This document shows, piece by piece, positions 1-10,227 of a stretch of 64,000 nt of DNA. A model generated the notes under the pieces. It did not search any database. It saw only the letters and a program-made list of their open reading frames with translations, and was not told where the DNA came from. The position numbers and the translations under genes were made by a program. Origin of the DNA: Takakia lepidozioides (Eukaryota; Plantae; Bryophyta); contig CM060732.1 in the NCBI GenBank assembly GCA_030704615.1, positions 82,832,001-82,896,000 on the forward strand, written 5' to 3'. Position 1 is the first letter of the stretch; each line of letters starts with the position of its first letter.

Positions 1-1264
1 CCATGATGGCCTTTGTGTTGAGCAGTAGGCTCAGTAAATTCACTGGACGTTAAAGAAACTTTATCTTTATCTTCTTTGAAAACGACCACAGTAACAAATT
101 GACTGAACCTGCCAAGGACGAAATTCAGAACCTCATTGAAGGTAAAGAACCTTAGAGAAAGTGAAGTCCTATTGGCCTGGCTAACTGTCATGATTGTCAC
201 CATCATTTTTGTTTCTCAAAGTGGTTCTGTTTGCAGGATAGACCTAATCTGCAGAATCTTGACTAGTTGATGTTTGGACATCGTTTGTAACTATCCCTGG
301 AGTGGTGTCAATAAGTTAGAACATTTCCATTATGTATGAATGGGGGATGGATGGTTGCAGGTACATTTGCGGTTGAAGCATGTTTCCAACATGGACCAAA
401 ATCCCAGTGCTGGCATTGTATCCCATGGCTGTTGCTGGGGTAGCTGTGCTGGACAATGTGCTGGGCTGGCATTGAAGGATAATCGTTCATTGTTGTCATG
501 TGTAAGTGTCTGGGTTTTCACTATGACTCCCCCAATCACCTTCATTATTCACCACCCCGAGCATGTCCACACTGAATGAAGTACACAGAATGCCTGACAT
601 TTTGGGTGCTGAATTTTACACGATGAGAATGATCACCTTCTCAGAGGATTATATTTTGTGTCAAATGGGTGATGTGAGTTTGTGCTGCTCGCTAAGCTGG
701 CGCACTAGCACGGCATTAGCCAAGCAGGTTGCTTGGGGTGGGTGTCAGACCAGAGGAAAAGGAGAAAAATTACAGCCGTGGTCCCTGTTTGAGCTGAGAG
801 TTATGTGGTTGTCGAAAGCAGTACACAAGGTAGATAAGAAAACCTTGGGTCTTTTAATATCTAGACTACAGGCCAGCAAACCGCAGATTTGAAGATGGGA
901 CTGGAAAAATATGATTACTGCAAGCATGAAAATGATCTTCTTTCTCTTCTTAGTCTACGGTCCACATGCTCATGAGAAATGCACAATTGACAGAATGAGG
1001 GTTACCCTGTGTGCATCATTGCAGGTGCACCTTAGCCTCAGATTTATGCAATTGCATCTACTTACCTTTATCTCTCTGCAAAAGATGAGAAATGAAAGTA
1101 TATATCAGATTCTGAAAGAAGGTTTGAACACAATTCACTTGGATAATACTGTAGATGGTCCTCTGCCTGACCATAAAAGTCAGTTAAAACCTCGGTTTCC
1201 ACTCAGACGGAGATTCACTGGGATATTTTCTCTACCTAAGGGCAGGGCCAACAAACTACCAAAC

Positions 1265-3500
1265 TTAATAATATATTGATCCATGCCTCTGAATCGGTGC
1301 GGATATCAATATATGAAGCGAGACGTTCGTTTGTTTGTTTTGTAGTGTAGCATAGCGAGACGTTTGTTTGTTTTGTAGTGTAGCATAGCGTCGTTGAGAT
1401 CTCCCAAACCGCGGGCCCCACTCTGGGTGCTTGGCTACATTGAAAGGTGAGGAGGTGAGGAGGGGTGCACGCGCTTGGTCTCATGATTTTTAGACAAGCG
1501 GTGTGGGAGATCTGGAATTTCAAGTGCTTTGGGTCGTTGGAAATTCGAGAAAAATAACAAAGTGGGTTTCCTGGAGCAATGATTGGTCCTTCATGTGGGA
1601 GATTTGGAATTTCAAGTACTTTTGGTCGTTGGAAATTCACAAAAAATAGCAAAGTGGATATATCGATATATGAAGCCTCGAGGGGGGAGATTGCAAAAAT
1701 AGCTAAGTGGACACATTGGGGATTGCAGTAGTGGGTGGAGGTCACACTTGGGCCTCTACATGGGAGATGCACTTGGATACATGAATAGAAGATTGCACTT
1801 AGGCTTCGATTTCAATTTTTCACACATGGGCCAATGACATAGGTTACACTAGAGGTCGCACTTGGGCCTCAACATAGGAGACGCACTGGGATACATAAGA
1901 AATTGCACTTGGTCTCAGATGACAGTGGACACTTGGGCATCTACATGGGAGATGCACTTGGATACATAAAAGATTGCACACTGCGCTTAGATAGGCCTCG
2001 ACATAGGAGACACACATGGGAGATGTCATTGGATACATAGGAGATTGCACTTGGGCTTAAATGATAGTGGACACTTGGGCCTCTACACGGGAGATGCACT
2101 TGGATACATAGGAGATTGCACTGGGGCTTAGATGGGCCTCAACATAGGAGACGCACTAGGATACATAGGAAATTGCACTTGGTTTTAAATTTCAATTATT
2201 CACCCATGGGCCAACGGCATAAGCTGCCCTAGAGGTCAAATTGGGCCTCCAAGTACTTTTGGTTGCTGGAAATTCACAAAAAATAACAAAAAAGGCAAAG
2301 TGGGCATTCATGGGACAATGGTTGGAGCCTCGTTGGGAGAGATATCAAGGGAAAGGTCTCCGGTTCAAATCTGGTCGTGGGCTCTGTGGAAAAAAATTTG
2401 CTTAGATGACATTGGACACTTGGGCCAACGGCAAAGGCTACCCTAGAGGTTACATTTGGGCCTCGATATAGGAAACGCACTTTGATACATAGGGGATCGG
2501 ACTTGGACTTAGATGACACTAGACACTTGGGCCAACGGCACAGGCTACCCTAGAGGTCATACTTGAATATATTATTCTTCACACATGGGCCTCGACATAA
2601 GACCCACTTGGATACATAGGAGATTGCACTTGGGCTTAGATGACACTTGGCACTTGGGCCAATGGCACAGGCCAGTTTGTTTGTTTGTTTTGTCACATTG
2701 AGAGGTCCCAAACCGCGGGCCCAGCCCTGGTGCTTGGTACCGTTGGAAAGCCCTCGACGAGGAGGGGTGCATGGGCTTGGTCTCATGATTTTTGGACATG
2801 CGGTGTGGGAGATGTGGAATTTCAAGCAAAGTGGGCATTCCTGGACAATGGTTGGAGCCTCGACAGGAGAGATATCAAGGGAAAGGTCTCCGATTTGAAA
2901 TTAGTCGTAGGTTTTGTGGAAAAATAATGATTAGATATAGCTTGCTTAATATATTGATGCATTTGGACTTAAATGACATTGGACACTTGGGCCAACGACA
3001 CATGCTACCCTATGACATTGATTGGAGCCTCGACAAGAGATATAATATCAATAATGATTGGATATATTACGACTCAATAAATTCATGCAAAGAGAAAAAT
3101 CGGGCCTTAACATGGGAGACGTACTTGGATACATAGGAGATTGCATACTGGGCTTAGATGGGCCTCGACATATGAGACACACATGGGAGATGGCCTTGGA
3201 TACATAGAAGATTGCACTTGGGCTTAGATGGGCCTCGACAAGGGAGACGCAATGGGATACATAGGAAATTGCACTTGGTCTTAGATGTTAGTTCTTCACA
3301 CATGGGCCACGACATAGGAGACGCACTGGACACATAGAAGATCTTACACTTGGGCTTAGATGACATTGGACACTTGGGCCAACCGGAAAGGCTGTCCTAG
3401 AGGTCGCATTTGGGCCTCGACATAGGGAATTGCACTTGGGCTAACATGACATTGGACACTTGGGCCAACGGCACAGGCTACCCTATGCTTCCTAATCAAT
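1265..3500. repeat. Composite modular repeat: CACTTGG-anchored minisatellite blocks (about 1738-2250, 2400-2673, 2960-3490) interspersed with longer duplicated modules
   Basis: Dozens of variants of GCCTCGACATAGGAGACG-CACTTGG, ATACATAGGAGATTG-CACTTGG, GCTTAGATGACATTGGA-CACTTGG and GCCAACGGCACAGGCTACCCTAGAGGTCG-CACTTGG. Longer direct repeats at 1363-1525 vs 2676-2826 and 2296-2395 vs 2827-2925. A 34-bp tandem duplication lies at 1318-1390. ORFs called here translate into repetitive peptides. Confidence 0.9.
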
Positions 3501-3904
3501 ATATATTTCTATATGAAACATCAAAGCTTTCATGGGTTACACAAAAAAATGATTGGCAAAAAAGCATGGGCATAAACCCTCCTTGGCTGGGGGGTGCTAA
3601 AGTGTGAGCCTGGAAACGTGAGCTCGTAAACTTAATAGGCCTAATACCGCGGAAGACAAACTCATAATTACGAAATAAGCCCCACATATGGGAGGGCGAC
3701 ACCAAAAGAAATAGAAAAACAGAACCCAAATTGCAAGACTGAAGAACCTAAAATTACCAGCAAGTTGAAAACAAGCAGGAGATTGGGATTAAAAGCATGA
3801 TTGGGATTGAAATTGGGATTAAAAGCACCACTCATTTAGACAAATATCCAAAGATTTGAAGAGTTTGTGCAAAATTAAAAATTATTTTATACCATCCATT
3901 TTCG

Positions 3905-4620
3905 GAATACAATATTCATTTTTAAGAAGATGTTTTACTGCTGTAAGAGATGTTGTTATCAAATGCATACCTTGAAATGGACGCACTGTCATCTGCATAC
4001 ATCTTAGCCCCAAAATATGAACGTCCATACGATTGTGGCTCGGAATGAGACCATTGGGTGATGTCTGCATGGTTAGCTGCAATGCCATTTTTACCACGTA
4101 TGTATGTAGACGATAAGATTCGGGAGGGCTGAACCACCTTCTGAACCGTTATTGTCTGACAATCGTCAACGGCTTTCAGCTTGAAAGTCTGCAACTCCGT
4201 CCTTAGAGTTTCTTGCACATCACGCATCACAGCAGGCAACAACTCCAAGCTATCATCTTCCCGATTAGTTTCAGAAGCCAACATTTCAGTGTTGCTAAAC
4301 ATAGCCTTGGAGCTATCATTGGTATCATTGCCCCTCTTGGCAACCTTGGTGCGCATTTTTTTCTCACTGAGCTGCACCATCTCTTTTTCAGATTTGTAGG
4401 AATGTTTCTGAAGGTAAACTTGCTCAACGTCATGTGGTAAGGCCTTGATGAACCACATTTTGATAGTGATTGGCCTTTCAGCAACCACTGGGATAACCTT
4501 ACATACTGTCGTGTGGACTTCAGTGTAGTATTTCTAGACTGCACTCTCACCAATGCAAAAATTCCTTTTTGGAATTGCATAGTCTGTAGGTTTCTCTTCC
4601 TGAAACAACTGGTGAGCTAG
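3905..4620 (-). pseudogene. Second (downstream) copy of the 3' part of the Gag-like ORF; 716-bp duplicate of 4874-5589
   Basis: Direct alignment at offset 969 with about 14 substitutions by manual count (~98% identity). A TGG>TAG change (ttccagac vs ttctagac near 4535) breaks the frame in this copy. Confidence 0.9.
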
Positions 4621-4687
4621 CCACACCTCGCGATGCGGCCCCTTTGGGGACAAAAACAGTTCTTTGGTTTGCTTTGCATCGTGTGTG
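4621..4687 (-). other. First ~67 nt of ITS1 contiguous with the 18S fragment
   Basis: Immediately follows GGATCATTG on the minus strand (CACACACGATGCAAAGCAAACCAAAGAACTG...TGTCCCC) and is absent from the flanking Gag duplicates. Confidence 0.8.
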
Positions 4688-4688
4688 C

Positions 4689-4757
<69 letters not shown>

Positions 4758-4803
4758 TAATAAACTTCTCACAACGTCGCCGGCGGGTCGCCGCAATCCG
4801 AAA

Positions 4804-4835
<32 letters not shown>

Positions 4836-4836
4836 T

Positions 4837-4875
<39 letters not shown>
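4688..4875 (-). rRNA. 18S rRNA (partial): Fragment of the 3' end of cytoplasmic 18S rRNA (displaced pseudogenic rDNA piece)
   Basis: The minus strand reads TCGCGTTGACTACGTCCCTGCCCTTTGTACACACCGCCC...GGAGAAGTCGTAACAAGGTTTCCGTAGGTGAACCTGCGGAAGGATCATTG, the universally conserved 18S 3' terminus. It carries small decay changes and an apparently shortened helix-44 tip. Confidence 0.97.
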
Positions 4876-4890
4876 ATACAATATTCATTT

Positions 4891-5943
4891 TTAAGAAGAT
4901 GTTTTACTGCTGTAAGAGATGTTGTTATCAGAGGCATCCCTTGAAATGGACGCACTGTCATCTGCATATATCTTAGCCCCAAAATATGAACGTCCATACG
5001 ATTGTGGCTCGGAATGAGACCACTGGGTGATGTCTGCATGGTTAGCTGCAATGCCATTTTTACCACATATGTATGTAGACGATAAGATTCGGGAGGGCTG
5101 AACCACCTTCTGAACCGTTATTGTCTGACAATCGTCAACGGCTTTCAGCTTGAAAGCCTGCAACTCCGTCCTTAGAGTTTCTTGCACATCACGCATCACA
5201 GCAGGCAACAACTCCAAGCTATCATCTTCCCGATTAGTTTCAGAAGCCAACATTTCAGTGTTGCTAAACATAGCCTTGGAGCTATCATTGATATCATTGC
5301 CCCTCTTGACAACCTTGGTGCGCATTTTTTCCTCAATGAGCTGCACCATCTCTTTTTCAGATTTGTAGGAATGTTTCTGAAGGTAAACTTGCTCAACGTC
5401 ATGTGGTAAGGCCTTGATGAACCACATTTTGATAGTGATTGGCCTTTCAGCAACCACTGGGACAACCTTACATACTGCCGTGTGGACTTCAGTGTAGTAT
5501 TTCCAGACTGCACTCTCACCAATGCAAAAATTCCTTTTTGGAATTGCATAGTCTGTAGGTTTCTCTTCCTGAAACAACTGGTGAGCTAGTAATTCTTTGG
5601 CCACATCCCAGGAAATGTCACCCATGTCTTGAATGTTGGCTTCGTCCCTTTTCAAACAAAACCCAGTGACGAATTCCTTTGGTACAACATTCATTTTGAG
5701 ACTCAATTTAAAGAACCGCAGGAAGTTATCAAAATTTTGATCCGTTCTGTGTTCAGGATATGATTGCTTGGTTATTTTTGAATTAACCTTAGTGACGGCG
5801 ACCTCAGACTTGGCATGTTTGTTCAACAACAACTCCAATAGCGCAGGGCAATCCGAAATGGTTTTCATAGCATCACACAAGTCTTGTAAGTCCAAACCAT
5901 TAGGATGGTTTATCCCTTGCAATGAGGTGGTCCCAGGCTGCAT
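4891..5943 (-). mobile_element. Retrotransposon Gag (capsid)-like ORF, 350 aa
   Basis: Intronless ORF with a Gag CA-like motif order: SWDVAKELLAHQLF ... IGESAVWKYYTEVHTAVCKV ... WFIKALPHDVEQVYLQKHSYKSEKEMVQLIEEK. No pol domains were recognised nearby. Assignment is by pattern recall, not by HMM. Confidence 0.55.
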
Positions 5944-8904
5944 TTTTATTATCTTCGAGAGGTGTGAGAATTTATCATATCATTACTATCAAAGATATGC
6001 TCTATACCATCATGATGAGTTTCTCTTCTCAGCAATGTAGCACGAGCCCTAGTTAGCATTCAGCAGTAATCAACAGGACAGACGTTAACAACTAAGAGAT
6101 CATCTGTCTTAAGGGTGTCTTAAGGGTGTTGCATGAGAACTCCCAATCGGTGACTATATATGAGGAGATGTAACGATGGTTGTGGCTCTGGTACACAGCC
6201 TCACCTTCCAAATGTCAGAGCCTCTCAGGAACCTTCAACCAAAAAGACACGCGCGTGACAGATTTGACCACTTTTTCTTTCACAACCAAAGCATGCAAGG
6301 GATAATACTCTCTAGGATTGTGGGGGTTACATAGCCCAATTTTCTCATGATCAAAGGACGTACCGGGATACACTACAACATCCCTGCCTGAAAGCTTGAA
6401 GTGATCCTGCGGAATGCCAATAATGGCCTCTTCATCGGAAAAGTCGCATGCATGCAGCTCGTCGTTCCAAGTGGAACGAATGTTTGTCAACGCGGCAGCA
6501 CTCCCACCTTTCACAAATTCCCACAGGCGAAATCCACTGATTGGATTTGGGATACAGGAAAGCTCTCTAGTTCATCTATGTGATCCTTGGTTACAAAGAA
6601 CTTGGGCACCTCCAACTCGGGCCAGGATTTCCCTCTCTGAGCCTCTTTCAAACGACAGCTTTGGGCAGACGTTTAGCTATCTCATCAGTGGCATGAAGCT
6701 TCTGCAGTAATCTCTCTGCAAAGGCCCCTTGCTTGGCAGTAGCTACCCTTTCGTCTCTGCTCCCGAGCTTCTGTCTCATTACGCATGGGCTTGCGGGCCT
6801 CTTTGACTACAGTTCGCTCAAATCCGAAGGAGTGTCAAGCCGTATCTCCTTGTCGGGCAGCTTCCTAACATGTGGCTCACCTTAGTTACTAACTATCAGC
6901 TCAGGAGGCGTTTGATCTCTAACCACCCCTTAAAAAATAGCTTCAAACGAATCATTTGCTATTTCCCAAAGAAACGGGTTGCGCAAGCTGGAGGCCATCA
7001 CCCTTGCACATAGACACAGTTCCCACTAAGAAATTGTTGCAATGATGGCTCGTACTGTGAGAACCGCCATGGCCGCCAGCTTTTCTTGTACCCTCACACC
7101 GAGCCTACGTAACCCTCCTCTAAATATGCACAGGCACGCTAAATTAGCGTGCCCTCATCTCCACCATCCTTTTTTACCCTAGGAATATACCCTGTTACTT
7201 TATGGACGTCACAAGGGCTCAAGGGGATATGTAGTCTGCAGAGCGAGCTAGGCACTTTGGGGGGAATCAATCACATAGTATCAGACATCTGCTCCAATCA
7301 CTAGCAAGGACTGTGCATCACACTTTCTCATCCAACATCACAGTCACATCTAGGTACACCGGTTTAGCGCATAAAACCATACTGCGAAAGCGCAAGCCCC
7401 CATCGGTTATACAGAATAATGTCACTAATCTAAACAATCAGATGGCAGGTCCTCATTGGCTGCCCAGATTACAAGCCCTCGCCAACAACATCAGGTCTAG
7501 CTGTTCCGATTATGTTACTATGGATGTGAGACAAACCCACCAACTAAAAATGGAGTGCTTAACTAACTCATAACAGCTCCTCGCTGGTAGAAAGACTTTT
7601 CGCGAGAAAGAGTCTTTGTTTCTTAGAGACTACGAGAAAGAATTTTCCTACATCACAACGGTGAAGGCTTTTATCCACATCACACCCACCCTCCACCCAC
7701 CAAGTGAGCAGATTTTCCAAATCTGGGTGATTGCCTGCTCAGGGGCCGTCAGATGGATCCAAGCTCTCAGTCCATCGTAGACTCATGTTCTCTTTTCGTC
7801 CAGAGAATGAAGATAAAGCCCCTGAAACATTATCTAGGAGAGGGCCAAGGTTGGAAAGTGGAACAAATTCATTTGAGAAGTTATGCAATCTGGAAATGTT
7901 TATGTTGACCAATCACTTCCAAAGAAAAGTGCCTTGTGCCAGTTTCCGCTGAAACAGTTGCCACATAATCAACAATTGATGCATCATATAGTCTTTTTAT
8001 ACAAGTTGCGGAGTGGGTCCAGCTGACAATGACATTATCTTTATCCTAGCCCACTGCTGTGAAAATTCCAAGCCAAGCAACTCTTAGGATCCTTTGTATG
8101 TGTTTGGGTCAAAATGACCTTCGTAGCTTGGCAATTCAAAGTGAGCAGATGCCAAAAAGTGACTCCTTGATAATGAGATGTTTCACTCAATTATCCGGTG
8201 AGGGTGTGGAATGCACTACAATTGTCAACATAGTAAAAACATAATTTTAGATCCAAAGGTGGAATCTACAAACGTGGGCCCCTGAGTGGCTCAATGTGGG
8301 CTAATTGTAACTGGCCACGAATAACATAAAGGGGTAAACTCTTGGTGGCGCCTCCTCTGTGCTCCAATTTCATGACCCCTCCGATTTCTAAAAAATCTAC
8401 AAGTTGGATTATTCATAGAATTTATTGCTTTCAATAAGCCCCCCAAGTTTGCGTGGGCCCTGTCCATTAGTAGAGGATGGTCCAAAAACTAAAAAGGGGG
8501 TATATATAGTAAGCTACACAAGGATTGAAGAAATAAACCCTCTGTAAGGAGGCCCAAGAAAAACATGTGATCGGGAACCTTCTAGAAAGGTTCCGACCGC
8601 TTGATGGGGTCGGGCCCGCCGACTTGAGAGGATATATAAAGAAGTCCTCCCCTGCCTCTTACTACTTACTTACTAAGTTACTACATACTTTAGTGGGCTG
8701 CACATGCAGGAAAGAAGACGTAAACATGAACCATAGCTATATTAATAAGCCTCCCAACAATAGGAAGATGGACATTCTCTTCGAGACCCACAATATAGCT
8801 CGAATTGGTTGAATGTACAGGCCACAAGAGCAAAGGAGCTAAAAGATCATATTGACATGAGGCAGCGAGAAAACAACTCTTCGAGGAAGAAGGGGCTCCT
8901 TCCT

Positions 8905-9065
8905 AAGCAAGGGCCTTCCTTAATTTGAGTGAGTAGCCCGAGAATGAGGTTGATGTGATAGGGAAGGATCCCTGGGTCCGTGCTCTCAAATTAAGCTGGA
9001 AGGCCCAATTGTTCGGGAAGGAACCTTCCGAGCCTCATTCCCATGCTCTCAAATTAAGGAATTTT
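8905..9065. repeat. Short imperfect inverted/direct repeat cluster (MITE-like remnant)
   Basis: TTCCTTAATTTGAG...GAATGAGG (about 8916-8948) is the reverse complement of CCTCATTC...CTCAAATTAAGGAA (about 9033-9061). TGCTCTCAAATTAAG occurs twice. Confidence 0.5.
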
Positions 9066-9381
9066 CGGTTTGGAGGGATCTTATGTACTAGACAACGGGC
9101 CATGTAGGGCAGATTATGTCAGGCAGAATCAGACGGGGTGCTCTTAATGATTTGTGAGATGCATCCTGGAAGGAGAGGCATCTCACAATGTGTGAAATGC
9201 ATCCATGGGACATACTTTTTTTGGACGGGGAAGGCCGGCAAATACCAGACCTTGCTATATTGGGGCCTTTCACAGTTTCTACTGATGTGAACGACTGGCA
9301 AGTCAAGACCAAAAGTAATCCAATAGTTTGGATTTGATCGAGTGTGAAGCGTGCCCAAGAAATTTAAACTACTACCACTTC

Positions 9382-9527
9382 AAAATCCCACGTTTCGCTG
9401 AGCCGACAAATTATAAATTTGGCCTAGCCTACCTTGACTTAAAACCACAACGAAAAAAAATCCCACGTTTAGCTGAGCCGACAAATTAACGTGACCTATC
9501 CTACCCTTGACCAAAAACACAACGAAA
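9382..9527 (+). repeat. Two-copy ~75-bp tandem duplication upstream of the subtilase
   Basis: AAAATCCCACGTTT(C/A)GCTGAGCCGACAAATTA...CCTA(C)CTTGAC..AAA..CACAACGAAA repeated at 9382 and 9457. Confidence 0.85.
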
Positions 9528-9967
9528 TATATTGCTCGTGAAATTAAGTTCAATTGTCAATGTCAAAGTTAAAACATGTCTAGCGGTCTTACAGAGTCTC
9601 TGACTGCTAAACACACCACCCATCATACGAATTTGTTGAGCTTGCAGTATACTAGTAATGGCTGCTGGAAGATTAATTATCTCCTTTGAACGTTCATCCT
9701 ATACATTAATTTCAAGTTGTTCAGTGATGATGGTGTAGGAGAGCTGCCAGACTCCCCAAAAATTACATGCATTTTTCACATTCAGACCTTTGAACAGCAC
9801 CCGCTAGGAATATGCATGAGGGGTGACCCTATCCTGAGCATATTTGAATTCCAGATGCCCATGTCGGTCAAGTAGAATTTTACGACATTGTTTGAGCTTT
9901 CACATCGATGTGAGGAAAAGCTTCAGATCCGGTTATGGGTGCCCAGCTGACTCAGTGGCCGCGGCGC

Positions 9968-9976
9968 ATATATAAG
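9968..9976 (+). promoter_or_regulatory. Putative TATA box of the subtilase gene
   Basis: ATATATAAG located about 260 bp upstream of the predicted ATG at 10228, after a GC-rich patch. Confidence 0.35.
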
Positions 9977-10227
9977 TCACAAAATTTTAAACATTCTGCA
10001 GACCTCCAGCTATATGGCTCTCATAGATCACTCCTCAATTTCCACTAGAGAAATAAAAATGGAGAGTCTTTCGATGGAAGAAGCATCGACTTGCTCAGCA
10101 CATTTGAGTTTGCTTTGAAAGAGCCACCTATCTAGTGGCCGCGTTCACTCGTGCGCGTGTTTGTGACAACCTCCATACTGGACCTATTATAGTTATCATA
10201 GTAGCAACAGTAGATACTATAGTCAAT

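Noticed and set aside
1-1260. Possible continuation of the retroelement (pol) beyond the modular repeat
   Set aside because: All frames are broken, and I could not recognise protease, RT, RNase H or integrase motifs.
1236-3366. ORFs called across the modular repeat (for example 1236-1772, 2550-2825, 3154-3366)
   Set aside because: They are translations of the minisatellite (recurrent CNLLCIQV, SKPKC) with no domain content.
1738-3490. CRISPR-like repeat/spacer array
   Set aside because: The constant part is only 7 nt, the intervening units are themselves repeated rather than unique spacers, no cas genes are present, and the context is eukaryotic.
1271-3504. ATATATTGAT inverted pair (1271-1280, 3495-3504) as TIRs of the composite repeat
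   Set aside because: Only 10 bp and AT-rich, it recurs internally at about 2949, and no TSD is visible. Not enough to call.
4621-4875. A functional rDNA unit
   Set aside because: Only 255 bp, with no 5.8S/26S or rest of 18S, and it carries decay mutations.
4743-5066. 107-aa ORF spanning the Gag/18S junction
   Set aside because: An off-frame read of Gag fused to translated rRNA (VDYVPALCTHRPSLLPIEWSGE is a familiar rRNA translation artefact).
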